64,000 nucleotides of DNA from an uncultured Actinomycetes bacterium (GCA_963796875.1 CAWCNL010000004.1:43616-107615), one strand, 5' to 3'. Positions 8,256 to 21,895 are shown, numbered from the stretch's first letter. The notes: generated by a model from the letters alone, not told the origin. Program-made: numbers and translations.

Positions 8256-9493
8256 GAAAGCTCCCTCACAAGGTCGTCCAGCGCCACGGTGCGGCGCTCG
8301 CCCGAGACCTTATCGTGCACCGTCGCGACGCCCTCCGCCCACTCGTCCTCGCCGACGATCACGGTGGTCTGGGCGCCCCCCTTGGACGGCGGCCTCGAGC
8401 TGCCGGCGCAACGGCCGGTTGCCGAACACCGTGTCGGCCGTCACGCCCCGCAGCCGCAGGTCGTCCATCAGCGCATAGAGCCGCGGCCGGGCGGGTTCAT
8501 GCGTGACGACGAAAGCACACCCACGGCCGGTCGGCGACGGTTTCGGTGGCGAGCTCGAACAACCGCTCGAGGCCCGACCCGAACCCGACGCCGGGCGTTG
8601 CCGGGCCGCCCAGCTGCTCGGCCAGCCCGTCGTAGCGGCCGCCGCCGCCGATGGTGCCCTGAGCGCCCAGCTGGGTGGTGACGAACTCCCACGCCGTGCG
8701 CGTGTAGTAGTCGAGCCCGCGCACCAGCCCGGGCGAGACGGTGAAGGCCACGCCGCGCGCGTCGAGGAACGCCCGCACGGCGTCGAAGTGCTGCTGGCAC
8801 TCGGCGCACAGGTGGTCGGTGATCTTGGGCGCCGAGGCGAGCACCGCCTGGCAGTCCTGGTTCTTGCAGTCGAACACCCGCAGCGGGTTGGTGTCGCGCC
8901 GCTCCAGGCACTCCTCGCACAGCTCGGACGCGTGGTCGTCGAGGAACGCCACCAGCAGCTGCGATGTAGGCGGGCCGGCAGTTGTGGTCGCCGATCGAGT
9001 TCAGCTCGAGCTCGTAGGCGGTTACGCCCACCGAGCGATACCACGCGTGCTGGAGGGCGATCACCTCGGCGTCGACCGCCGGATCGGCCGAGCCGATCAC
9101 CTCGACGCCGAACTGGTAGTGCTCGCGGTAGCGGCCGCGCTGCACCCTGTTGTACCGGAACATGGGTGCCACGTAGTAGCTCTTGATCGGCTGCGGCAGC
9201 CGGCTCATCCCGTTCTCCAGGTAGGCCCGCACCACGCCCGCCGTGCCCTCGGGGCGCAGCGTCAGCGACCGGTCGGAGCGGTCGCGGAAGGTGTACATCT
9301 CCTTGCGCACCACGTCGGATCCCTCGCCAGACGTGCGCTGGTAGATGGCCGTGTCCTCGAAGGTCGGCGTGATCACCTCGCGGTATTCGGCCGCCTCGAA
9401 GATGCTGCGGGCGGCATCGACCAGGCCGCGTCGCCGCACCGCGTCGGCGCCGTACCAGTCGCGGGTGCCGCGGGGCGCCTGGAACTCGCTCAC
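8252..9493 (-). CDS. hisS: histidine--tRNA ligase, three apparent frameshifts (~8955-8965, ~8518-8526, ~8376-8400)
   Basis: [63 protein letters not shown] and an anticodon-domain tail sit in four frames. GTGA overlaps on both sides. Confidence 0.9.
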
Positions 9494-10109
9494 GCGCGCA
9501 GCTCCGCCAGAAACGGGTTGGTCTGCGCCTCTTCTTCGAGCGTGGTGATGGGGCCGTGCCCGGGGCACACGACCGTTTCGGGTGGCAGCTCGCGCATCAG
9601 GGTGGCGATGCTCTGCAGGAGCACCGGCATGCTGCCTCCGGTCAGGTCGGTGCGGCCGACCGACCCCGAGAACAGCACATCGCCCGAGAACAGGAATCCG
9701 TGCGCCGCAAACGCGATCGATGCCGGCGAGTGGCCCGGCACGGCGAACGTGCGAAAGTCGATGCCCGCCACCGACACGGGTTCGGTGCCGTCGAGCAGGT
9801 GCTCGGGCTCGATACGGCGCGTGGGTCAGGCCGCGCAGCTCGTCGGCCTCGCCGGCGGGCATCCACACCTCGGCTCCGGTGGCCGCGGCGATGTCCTTGA
9901 CGGCTCCGATGTGGTCGAAGTGGGCGTGGGTGATCAGGATGGCGGCCACCGTCCAGCCCTGCTCGGCGAGCACTCCCATCACCCGCTCGGACTCGTCGCC
10001 GGGGTCGATGATCACGGCATCGGTGCGATCCTCGAGACAGCGCCAGATAGCAATTGGTCTGATAGGCGCCCAGCGCGAGCTGAGCCACCCGCAACTGCGG
10101 CGGGCTCAC
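9490..10109 (-). CDS. MBL-fold metallo-hydrolase (glyoxalase II-like), two apparent frameshifts (~10030, ~9800)
   Basis: TNCYLA...IIDPGDE...THAHFDHIG...VPGHSPASI...GDVLFSGSVGRTD...PGHGP motifs. Synteny with hisS matches mycobacteria. Confidence 0.8.
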
Positions 10110-10470
10110 GGCTGGGCGTGCTCTTGTTGCTGCTTGAGGTGCCGGCGCCAGACGAACCGCTCGGTGAGGACCCCCACGAGCGTGAAGCCGACGAACATCA
10201 CGACCGACGGCGATGACCTGCTCGGGGACGGTGTTCTTGCCGCCCAGGCTGGTGAAGTGCTGGGCCAGGAAGAACAGCACCGCGAAGATGCCCGCCCGGC
10301 CGGCGGCCCGGCGCAGGTTGGGCTCGCGGATCTCGCGGACGCGGCGGCCCGGAGCTGCCTCGGGCCGGCTTGCGCTCGCTGCGCTCCTCGGGCGGCAGCG
10401 TGCCGTCGACGCCGCGGCTGTGCGCCTTGGCCCGGTTGTACTTGCGCTTCTGCTGCTTGCGGTTCGCCAC
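10106..10470 (-). CDS. small basic membrane protein, hypothetical, apparent frameshifts
   Basis: MANRKQQKRKYNRAKAHSRG start. TM segments IFAVLFFLAQHF and VMFVGFTLVGVL appear in neighbouring frames. GTGA overlap with the MBL gene. Confidence 0.45.
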
Positions 10471-10507
10471 GCGCGCATTCTACCGGGCGGGTCTCGCCCG
10501 GCCGCGC

Positions 10508-11289
10508 CTACATCGCCTGCAGCCGGTCGATCAGGCGCACGGCCTCGGCCGCCTGTCCGTCGCTCTCGAGCCGGGCGACGTCGTCCACCAGCTGCCGGGC
10601 CTCCGCCGCCCGCGGCGAGAAGGCCAGCCGGCGGCTGTAGATCTGCTGGGCCTGGGCGGTCAGCGGCGGTGTGGAGACGTGCGGCGCCGGCGCCGCCGGT
10701 GCCGCGGTCGGCGGCGACCGGCGCCGGCGCTCGGTCGAAGGCTCGGCGGCCGTCGTCGCGGCCGGGACGGTTCGACCGGCGCGGGCCTCGGGCTCAGGGA
10801 CCTCGAGCGGCACGGGCTCGGCCTGGGCCAGCACGACCGCCGCCACGGCGAACGCAGCGCCGAATCCCGCCGCGGCCAACGCCTGCCGCAGCCAGTCGCC
10901 CAGCGCCGAGCTGCCCGTGACCACCACACCGTCGAACCGCGGATGGCAGGCGCGACGATGGTGGCCGCCAGCAGGATCGCGACGCACAGCCCAAACCCGC
11001 CCGCGGCGATCCCGGCGCCCAGCCGCGAGCCCGCCTCATCCCAGCCGCCCAGCCGCGCTCCGGCCACGAGCCCGGCGGCGAGCAGCCCGAGTCCGGCAGC
11101 GAGCGCCAGGAGCCGGATCATGTCGACATGCGCGAGCCCCACCACGATGCGGTCGATGCCGTCGAGCCGTGCCGGGACCGCGGCGTCGGCCAGCGCGCCG
11201 GCGGCGATCGCGAGGCCCGCCACCACAAGGCCACCGGCCCCCACCGCGGCGGCATCTGCGCGAGTAAACCGGCCGCCGGGGCCGATCAC
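10508..11289 (-). CDS. hypothetical multi-TM membrane protein with Pro/Ala-rich linker and C-terminal soluble domain; one apparent frameshift (~10930)
   Basis: The Gly/Ala/Leu-rich TM stretch (LVVAGLAIAAGAL, LLALAAGLGLLAAGLVAG, GFGLCVAILLAATIVA) joins to the 10508-10987 ORF. GTGA overlap with the hutI stop. Confidence 0.5.
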
Positions 11290-12531
11290 ACGATCCGTCC
11301 GGCCTTGATCACCCACCGCAGATCCCGGCCGGCCAGGTGATAGGCCACAAATCGCCAGTCCGGGGCGTCCATCACCAGCAGGTCGGCATCGAATCCCGGG
11401 GCGATCCGGCCCAGCCGCTCGCCGCGGCCCAGCACCCACGCGGCGTTCACCGTGCAGGCCGCGAGCGCCTCGGCCGGCGTCATCCCCATCACCGTGCAGG
11501 CAAGCGTCATCACCACCGGCAGCGAGTCGCAAAATGCACTGCCCGGGTTGAAGTCGGTGGCCAGCGCGACGATCGCGCCCTCGTCGATCAGCGCCCGCGC
11601 CGGCGGCATGGTGCGGCGCAGGTAGAGCGCGGCGACCGGCAGAAGCACCGCCGCCACGTCGCTTGCGGCGATCTGCGCGACTCCTGCCGGCCCGGTGGCT
11701 TCGAGGTGGTCGACCGAGCGGGCGCCCAGCTCGACGGCCAGGGGGATCGCGCCGGACTCGCTGAACTGGTCGCCGTGCAGCCGCGGCGCAAGCCCATGCG
11801 CGGCGGCGGCCCGCAGAAACCGCTCTGCCTGGGCGTAGTCGAACGAGCCGCGCTCCAGAAACACATCGGCTGCCTCGGCGATCTGCGCCGCCTCGGGCAG
11901 CACGTCGGCCAGGACGAAGTCCAGATAGTCGTCGCCGTTGGCAAACTCGGGCGGCACCGTGTGCGCCCCCAGGTAGGTGGGTACCGTCTCGATCGGATGT
12001 TCGGCGGCGATCGCCCGCAGGCTCGCCAGCTCGGTGTCGTGGTCGAGGCCGTAGCCCGACTTGCCCTCGGCGGTGGTGGTGCCGTTCTGGCGCATGGCCG
12101 CGAAATGGTGGTCGACCGCGGCGCCGAGCCCCGCAGCGTCGAGCGCGCGGGTGGCGGCCACCGTGGCCGCGATCCCACCGCCGCCTGCGTGGATCCGCTC
12201 GTAGTCGGCCCCCTGCGCGCGCAGGTCGAACTCGTTGGCCCGCTCGCCGCCCCAGGCCGGATGCGTGTGACAGTCGATCAGTCCGGGCACCGCCACCGCT
12301 CCACCGGCGTCGAGCCGGTCGAGGTGGGCGTGCGTGTTCTCCAGCTCCTGCGGGTGCCCCACCGCGGTGATCCGGCCGTCCTCGATCGCCACCGCGGCCG
12401 GCGCGGTCACCTCGACTCGGCCCAGCTCGCCGCCGCGCAGCGGGGCGCCGCGGCCCGCCGGCGAGGCCACGGCGGTCAGGTTGGTGAGCAGGTAGCTCGG
12501 CGCGTCGCCGGGCTGGCTCAGGCTCGGCCAT
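11286..12531 (-). CDS. hutI: imidazolonepropionase; start region uncertain (possible frameshift just after ATG 12531)
   Basis: PGLIDCHTHP, GGGI, GTTTAEGKSGYGLD, TYLGAH, HGDQF, VDHLE, ATDFNPGS motifs. Confidence 0.9.
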
Positions 12532-13181
12532 AGGCGGGGATCGAGCCGCCGGAGAGCGGCGAGGAAGCGTCGGAGCAGAGCCATTCGATCGACTCGGCGA
12601 GCTGCTCGCCGGTCGTCCAGCGGCTGAAGTCGGCGTTGGGGTTCTCGGCCCGGTTGCGGGGCGTGTCGACGATCTTCACCACCAGCTCGTTGGCGCGGAT
12701 GCCGCCGGTGCGGTTCTCGACGTCGACCACCCGCATCAGCCCGCGCAGCGCCATCTTCGAGAGCGCATAGGCCGAACCACCGGCAAACGGGCTCGTGGCG
12801 GCAGTGGTGCCGATGTAGACGATCGAGCCGCCGCCCTGGCTCTTCATCACCGGCAGAACCGCCCGCGTCATGTTCAGGGCGGTCTCGAAGTTCACCGCGT
12901 ACTGGGCCTTGAACAGGTCGATCGGCGTCTCTTCGATCGATCCCGCCATCGCGAACCCGCCGGCGACATTGGCCAGCGCGTCGACCCGGCCGAACCGGTC
13001 GACCGCGGCGTGCACCACACCGGCCGCCGAATCGGGATCGGTCAGGTCGGCCTCGAGGCCCAGCACACCGCGCCGGGAGGTTCTCCGCATCGCCGCGGTG
13101 GGCGATCGCGACGTTCCAGCCGCGCTCGCAAAACAGATCGAGCACCGCCCGGCCCCAGCCGCCGCTGACGCCGGTCAGCAC
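12518..13181 (-). CDS. short-chain dehydrogenase/reductase (SDR), one apparent frameshift (~13085)
   Basis: N-terminus TGVSGGWG (Rossmann) in one frame; NVAGGF, SIVYIGTTAA, YALSKMAL (YxxxK) in the 190-aa ORF. Confidence 0.75.
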
Positions 13182-13192
13182 CGCGGTGCGCG

Positions 13193-14899
<1,707 letters not shown>

Positions 14900-14905
14900 G
14901 GCCGC

Positions 14906-14911
14906 ACGGTA
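14906..14911 (-). promoter_or_regulatory. -10 hexamer TACCGT for leaderless hutU
   Basis: Minus strand reads TACCGT-GCGGCC-GTG(14899), a 6-nt spacer. Confidence 0.45.
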
Positions 14912-14929
14912 CCACTGATCACGCAGTGC

Positions 14930-14935
14930 TAGGGT
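14930..14935 (+). promoter_or_regulatory. -10 hexamer TAGGGT for the sugar dehydrogenase gene
   Basis: TAGGGT lies 10 nt upstream of GTG 14946 and is divergent from the hutU promoter. Confidence 0.35.
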
Positions 14936-14945
14936 GAGACGCATC

Positions 14946-16029
14946 GTGAGACGAATCGCGCTCGTACTCACCGTGGGGTTGCTTGGCGGCGTGCGGGGCC
15001 GGCACGACCGCTTCGGCCGCGGTGCACCTGCACCGGATCATGTCCGGCCTCTCGGAGCCCGTGTTCCTGACCGCCGCGCCCGGCGACAGCCGCCTGTTCG
15101 TGGTCACCAGGGTGGGCAACATCCGCGTGTACCGCGCCGGCCGCCTGCTCTCGCGGCCGTTCCTGAATCTGACCGGCAAGGTGTCGCGCGGCAACGAGCA
15201 GGGCCTGCTCTCGCTCGCGTTCGATCCGCACTACGGCCGCAACGGGTTCTTCTACGTCAGCTACACCAACGTGCAGAGCGATAGCCGCATCGTGCGCTAC
15301 CGCGTGCAGCCCAACCATCCGAATATCGCGAACCCCGCATCCGGCCGTGTGCTCTTGCAGCTACACCAGCCGTTCGAAAACCACAACGGCGGCCAGATCG
15401 CCTTCGGCCGCGACGGCCTGCTGTACATCGGGTTTGGCGACGGCGGCAGCGAGGGCGACCCCAACCATGTCGGCCAGCGGCCCACCGGCCTGCTCTCCAA
15501 GATCCTGCGCATGAACGTCTACGCCAGGAAGCCCCAGGCGCGGGTCTACCAGTACGGATTCCGCAACCCATGGCGGTTCTCATTCGACCGCGCCAACGGC
15601 GACCTGTGGATCGGCGATGTGGGCCAGGACATGTGGGAGGAGATCGACAAGGTGCCGGCCGGGGCAGCCGCCGGAGGTAACTACGGCTGGAGCTACTACG
15701 AGGGCACGCACGTCTACAACAACGGCAACGGCAATCCCGTGCCGGCCCATGCGGTGATGCCCGTGATCCAGTACGCGCACTCGCCCGGCGGCAACTGCGC
15801 GGTGATCGGCGGATACGTGTACCGCGGCGAGATCGCGACGCTGCGCGGGTTCTACATCTACGGCGACTATTGCTCGGGCCGCATCTGGCGGCGCAGAGCG
15901 AGTGGTGGGCGCCCCGCCGAGATGGCGATCTCACGCCGGGCCGGAACGCTCACCTCGTTCGGTCAGGGGTCGGCCGGAGGCCTCTACGTGCTGTCGGCGG
16001 GCGGCTCGGTGTACCGCGTGGACAACTAG
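14946..16029 (+). CDS. PQQ-dependent sugar (glucose/sorbosone) dehydrogenase-family beta-propeller lipoprotein; one apparent frameshift (~14985-14995)
   Basis: Signal/lipobox [15 protein letters not shown] is split over two frames. GSDH motifs: [61 protein letters not shown]. Confidence 0.8.
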
Positions 16030-16033
16030 AGGA

Positions 16034-17566
<1,533 letters not shown>

Positions 17567-17575
17567 CCGACCACC

Positions 17576-18472
17576 TTATCGCGCCTGCGCGCCGCCGAAC
17601 TCCCCAACCACCGCCACCTCCACCATCCGATTGGGCCGCGGGTCGGCGACCATCAGACCGTGGGCGGCAGCCTGCCAGGCAACCCGCGCGGGCATCAGCC
17701 CGACCAGCTCCGAGCCGGCGACCTCCACCCCGCGCTCAGCGGCCAGCCGGCGCACCTCGGCCACCACCTGCCAGAGCGGCGTCGCGTCGATATCGATCAG
17801 GTTCGTGGAGACCTGCGCGCGGCCGGTCGACCCCAGCACCAGGCCGATCGCCTGCACTCCCGGCAGACCGCCCGAACTCGCCCGCACCGCACGGGCAATG
17901 TCGGTGGCCACCGCCCCGTCGGAGGTCTGCAGGTCGACGTTGAACGCCACCAGTGGCGCCCGCACCCCGAGCAGCACCGCGCCCGCGGTGGCGTGCAGCT
18001 GCTGCGGGCCGTGCAGCGTTCTAACCTCGCCGGCCGCCAGCCGTTCACCCAGCCGCTGTGGGCCGCCGGCGCGGTAGTGGGCGGGCCGCAGCCCCGCGCC
18101 GAGTTCGCCGTAGCCGAACACCGGCACCCCCAGCTCGGCGATCCGTGGAGCGAGCGCCTCGGCCGCCGCCCGCGGCCGCTCGTCACCCTGGGCGAACCGC
18201 ACGAGCGGGATCACGTCGGCGGCACCCACCCGAGGGTGCACGCCCACATGCGTGTTCAGATCGACCCGTTCGACCGCCACCGCGACGGCCGCGGCGAGCC
18301 CGTCCACCAGGCCGTCCGGCTTGCCGACGCAGGTGAATACCGAGCGGTTGTGATCCGCATCGGTGTGGATGTCGAGCACCCGGGCGCCCGTGGCGAGCGC
18401 CGCGGCGATCGCGTCGACGGCGCCCGGTTCGGCCACCGAGAAGTTGGGAACGGCTTCGAGCAACTCTTCCAC
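17576..18472 (-). CDS. glutamate formimidoyltransferase (FTCD_N/FTCD_C-like)
   Basis: VPNFSVAE, DADHNRSVFT, HPRVGAADVIP and VAFNVDL resemble the formiminotransferase consensus. GTG 18472 is chosen from the -10 spacing; the ORF track extends to 18742 through non-coding-looking sequence. Confidence 0.75.
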   Translation of the reverse strand: MEELLEAVPNFSVAEPGAVDAIAAALATGARVLDIHTDADHNRSVFTCVGKPDGLVDGLAAAVAVAVERVDLNTHVGVHPRVGAADVIPLVRFAQGDERPRAAAEALAPRIAELGVPVFGYGELGAGLRPAHYRAGGPQRLGERLAAGEVRTLHGPQQLHATAGAVLLGVRAPLVAFNVDLQTSDGAVATDIARAVRASSGGLPGVQAIGLVLGSTGRAQVSTNLIDIDATPLWQVVAEVRRLAAERGVEVAGSELVGLMPARVAWQAAAHGLMVADPRPNRMVEVAVVGEFGGAQAR

Positions 18473-18479
18473 CGCGCGC

Positions 18480-18485
18480 AAGGTA
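18480..18485 (-). promoter_or_regulatory. -10 hexamer TACCTT for leaderless formimidoyltransferase gene
   Basis: Minus strand reads TACCTT-GCGCGCG-GTG(18472), a 7-nt spacer. Confidence 0.4.
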
Positions 18486-18868
18486 CCCCCAATTTGGTGA
18501 CACGAAAGGCACCTTTTGGGCGACGTGCGGCGGTGAATTTCTGTCGATGTTCTGGATAACGGATCGAAAGGGCAATCTCGCCGCGAGGCGGGTGCGCAAA
18601 GCAAGAGGTCTCGGGAAACCGAGACGGCTCGGCTGCCGAAACCGGGACTGCTCAACAAGCACGTCCGCCTGCGAAAGGCACAGAACAGGCGAACCTGCGA
18701 GCAGCCACCCATCGCCGGCGCGGAGAGGACTAGGCACCTCAATGCGCGGCTCGATCCGAATCGATACGAGTGCGGACGACGGGTGCTGCGGGGGGCAGTT
18801 GTCCTGGTGACAAGTGAGACTCGTCGTCCGCACCGTCATCGCCTCCCCCGCCGAACGCGGGGGCCGGG
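18486..18868. ncRNA. unassigned hairpin-rich non-coding island (candidate structured RNA; strand unresolved)
   Basis: ~380 nt with no convincing coding frame and lower G+C (hand counts of 55-68% per 60 nt). GNRA-capped hairpins on the plus strand: GGTCTCGG-GAAA-CCGAGAC and CGCC-GCGA-GGCG. Also a 12-bp stem GTGCGGACGACG...CGTCGTCCGCAC and CCCCCGC-CGAAC-GCGGGGG. Bounded by two putative leaderless promoters. Confidence 0.3.
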
Positions 18869-18874
18869 TAGATT
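18869..18874 (+). promoter_or_regulatory. -10 hexamer TAGATT for leaderless flavoprotein gene
   Basis: TAGATT-gagcgcc-ATG(18882), a 7-nt spacer with no SD. Confidence 0.45.
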
Positions 18875-18881
18875 GAGCGCC

Positions 18882-20819
18882 ATGCTCGATCACCTCTTCT
18901 CGCCGCTCGACCTCGGCCCGGTCACGCTCGAAAACCGGATCGTCTCGACCTCGCACCAGACCACGCTGGTGCACGACCATCTGCCCACCGACGACATGGT
19001 CGCCTACCACGAGGCGCGCGCCCGCGGTGGTGCCGGGATGATCGTGATCGAGGCAACGGCAACCCATCCCACGGGGCTGCTCACAGCGCACACGATCGGC
19101 GGCTACCTGCCCGAGATCGTGCCGGTGTACGAGAAGCTCGCTGCAGCGGTCAAGCCGCACGGCACCCGCCTTCTGTGCCAGCTCTTTCACGGCGGCCGCG
19201 AACAGATCACGTCGGGCCCCAGGGCTCCCGCCGTGGCTCCCTCTGCGGTGCCCTCGCCGCGGTTCAAGGTGGAGCCGCGTTCGCTCACGGTGCGCGAGAT
19301 CGACGAGATGCTGGACGGCTACCGCCAGGCCGCCGCCTATGCCGCAGCGGGCGGCCTCGACGGCGTCGAGGTGTGCGCGGGATTTGGCTACCTGCCCACC
19401 CAGTTCCTCTCGCCCTTCGCCAACACCCGCACCGATCGCTACGGCGGCAGCTTCGAGAACCGGCTGCGGTTCCTGCGCGACCTGCTGGGTGCGATGCGCG
19501 AGGGGTTCGGCCCCGGTGGCGCGATCGGATGCCGGCTGACCAGCGAAGCCCTGTCCCCCGACGGTAACCCCGACGACGACGTGGTGCGAGCCGCCCAGGA
19601 GCTGTCGGCCGACGGCAGCTGCGACTACCTGTCGGTCACCATCGGCAGCTCGTCGTCGTACCGCGGATCGGTGTTCATCGTGCCGCCCGCGCCGACCGCC
19701 CGAAACGTGGTCGAGAGGTTCGCGGGCCGCGTGCGCGAGGTGGCGACGGTGCCGGTGATCGCCACGGGGCGCATCCTCGATCCGGTCGACGCCGATCGCC
19801 TGATCGCCGCCGGCGTCTGCGATGCCGTGGGCATGACGCGGGCCATGATCACCGATCCCCAGCTGGCCCAGAAGGCCCGCGAGGGCGTCCAGCCCACCAT
19901 CTGCATCGGGTGTAACCAGGGCTGTATCGGCCACTACCACGCGGGTGTGCCGATCGCCTGCACGATCAATCCGTGGACGGGCTTCGAGCGCACCCTGCCG
20001 CGACCGCGCAAGGGCGCGTCGGGCGATCTGGTCGTGGTGATCGGCGCCGGACCGGCCGGATGTGCCGCGGCTGCCTCGGCCGTCGCCCAGGGCGACCGCG
20101 TGATCGTGCTGGAACGCGGCGAAGCGCCCGGCGGACAGATGCGGCTTGGGCTCGGAGCGCCCGGCAAGCGCGAGATCGCGCAGGGCCTGATCGACACGCT
20201 CGAGGCGTGGCTGGCAGCGTGCGACGTGCGCTACGCAACCGAGGCCACCGAGCAGCTGATCGCCGAGATCGACCCCGACCGCGTGATCGTGGCCGGCGGC
20301 GCGCCCGCCCACCGGCCGGTGTATCCCGGCACCGGCGTCAGCGTCGCTTACGCATGGGACGTGCTGGACGGTGCTCCCGTCAGCGGCAACGTGCTGGTCA
20401 GCGACTGGGGCGGCGACTGGACAGGGCTCGACGTGGCCGAAGCGCTGGCCGCGCGGGGCCGCCCGGTGCGGATCGCCGGTGCCGGCGCCGCGTTCGGCGA
20501 GGCCATCCACCAGTACCAGCGCAACACCTACCTCGATCGATTGGATCAGGCCGGAGTCGAGCTGTTGCACCACCTGGAGCCCGTTTCACTGGCCGATCGC
20601 CAGGTGGTGTGCGAGAACGTGTTCTCGCGCCGCCAGATCACGGTGGGCGACGTCGACACTCTCGTGGTGAGTGCTGGCCGCGGCGACAGCCAGCAGCTGT
20701 TCGTCGCGCTCCAGGACTCGGGCCGCGACGTGGTCAGAGTCGGCGATGCGCTGGGGCCGAGGTCGTTCGAGGAAGCGATCGCCGAAGGCACGCGCGCGGG
20801 CCTCGCCGTCGCGCTCTAA
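18882..20819 (+). CDS. FMN/[4Fe-4S]/FAD oxidoreductase of the 2,4-dienoyl-CoA reductase (FadH) / amine dehydrogenase family
   Basis: OYE-like TIM-barrel N-terminus (FSPLDLGPVTLENRIV, QLFHGGR), cluster motif CIGCNQGCIGHYHAGVPIAC (CxxCxxxCx11C) and dinucleotide fold VVVIGAGPAGCAAA. Start is Met34 of the track ORF. Confidence 0.85.
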   Translation: MLDHLFSPLDLGPVTLENRIVSTSHQTTLVHDHLPTDDMVAYHEARARGGAGMIVIEATATHPTGLLTAHTIGGYLPEIVPVYEKLAAAVKPHGTRLLCQLFHGGREQITSGPRAPAVAPSAVPSPRFKVEPRSLTVREIDEMLDGYRQAAAYAAAGGLDGVEVCAGFGYLPTQFLSPFANTRTDRYGGSFENRLRFLRDLLGAMREGFGPGGAIGCRLTSEALSPDGNPDDDVVRAAQELSADGSCDYLSVTIGSSSSYRGSVFIVPPAPTARNVVERFAGRVREVATVPVIATGRILDPVDADRLIAAGVCDAVGMTRAMITDPQLAQKAREGVQPTICIGCNQGCIGHYHAGVPIACTINPWTGFERTLPRPRKGASGDLVVVIGAGPAGCAAAASAVAQGDRVIVLERGEAPGGQMRLGLGAPGKREIAQGLIDTLEAWLAACDVRYATEATEQLIAEIDPDRVIVAGGAPAHRPVYPGTGVSVAYAWDVLDGAPVSGNVLVSDWGGDWTGLDVAEALAARGRPVRIAGAGAAFGEAIHQYQRNTYLDRLDQAGVELLHHLEPVSLADRQVVCENVFSRRQITVGDVDTLVVSAGRGDSQQLFVALQDSGRDVVRVGDALGPRSFEEAIAEGTRAGLAVAL

Positions 20820-21671
20820 AGCCCCGCGGGGAGCTTCAGTTGCGAGAGCCGCAACGGACGCGCACCGGCCGGAGCGACCACGTGGACGGGCGCGTTCCAG
20901 TGCGAGAAGGTCACGTCGATCGTGACGTTCGCACCGGTGATGCCCTGCGTCCGCCTGACCTCGCCGGCCGGTACCACGAGCTTTGCCGTCAGATGGGCCG
21001 ACGTCGGCAGATGGGTGGCGCGATCGACGGTCAACGAGCCGGAGGCGGATCGAACCACGTGGGTGGGTACGCCGGCGGGCAGAAGCCGGGCGAGCAGCGC
21101 GGCGAACCGCGCAGGTCGCAGGCTGGTCGCGAACGTCTGAGCGTCACCCGAAGTGGTCTCGGTGAGCGTAGACAACGTCCCGGCGGCCGCTGGGTGAACG
21201 CCGCCGGGACGCTGATCGCTGGGACTCAGGCGGTGTGCATGGGCGGCCAACGCGCCGGCAGGGACGCGAGACGAATGCCACCCCCGGCCAAGCAGCGCCG
21301 AGCGCACGTACACAGTCGATCCGCCCGGCCAGCGCACGTCCGCGCTGACGGGCAGAAAGCCGTTCTTCAAGGTGATCGTCGCGTCCGCCGTTGTTCCCGA
21401 CGGCGTCCGTGCGATCTCACCCTCGACGTCCATGAGTGGACGCCGCGCCTGCGAGCGCCGCTGCCGGCGACGATGCATTCGCCGAGCCGGTGCTCACTCC
21501 CAGGTTGATCGTCGCGTGAAACGCGACGGAGCGGACGTGCGCGAGCGCGTGTCCCGTAGGCGCCAACTGTGCCGGTCGGGCCTGAAGGGGACTCGCGCTC
21601 GCGCTGGCGCAACCGGCGGCGACCGCCATCGCCGCCAGCACCATCAACGTCGCTGCTCGATTCAACCTCAT
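20816..21671 (-). CDS. hypothetical lipoprotein, one apparent frameshift (~21440)
   Basis: MRLNRAATLMVLAAMAVAAGCASA lipobox. The rest continues in the 220-aa ORF frame. Confidence 0.55.
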
Positions 21672-21777
21672 GCCAAAGCAGCCTACGAGGGCGCGGGCCG
21701 CGCCGAAACGGCCGCGAGGCTGATCTTTCGCAACCCGCAATCAGACCAAAGTCGTAGCTCGGCAATGCGGAGTTCGC

Positions 21778-21892
21778 GTGAATAAGAGGGGTCAGTCGCC
21801 ATTTATTCACCCGAGGTCGATGGGTCTCCGAGAGACGCCACGACGTCGGGTGAATAAATGGCGACTGACCCCTCTTATTCACCGGCTGACGT
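21778..21892. repeat. C-type double-hairpin element: inverted 33-nt arms GTGAATAAGAGGGGTCAGTCGCCATTTATTCAC / reverse complement, flanking a 39-nt spacer
   Basis: Arms at 21778-21810 and 21850-21892. A near-identical element lies at 31732-31837. This one ends 3 nt from the response-regulator stop. Confidence 0.85.
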
Positions 21893-21895
21893 TAT

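Noticed and set aside
18486-18868. Identification as RNase P RNA, tmRNA, a T-box, or a cobalamin, TPP, FMN, glycine or ZTP riboswitch.
   Set aside because: Only short chance-level resemblances were found. Examples: GCGAAAGGCACAGAAC versus the RNase P GAAAGUGCCACAGAA; AAAUUGGGGGUACCUUGCG versus the T-box AGGGUGGUACCGCG; GUCCGCCUGCG versus the ZTP CCGCCUGGGC. The other obligatory elements (GAGGAAAGUCC, T-arm/CCA end, specifier stem, etc.) are absent or in the wrong order or strand.
21778-21892. Double-hairpin elements as integron attC sites or IS termini.
   Set aside because: There are no RYYYAAC/GTTRRRY core sites, no intI, no transposase and no evident target-site duplication in the window.
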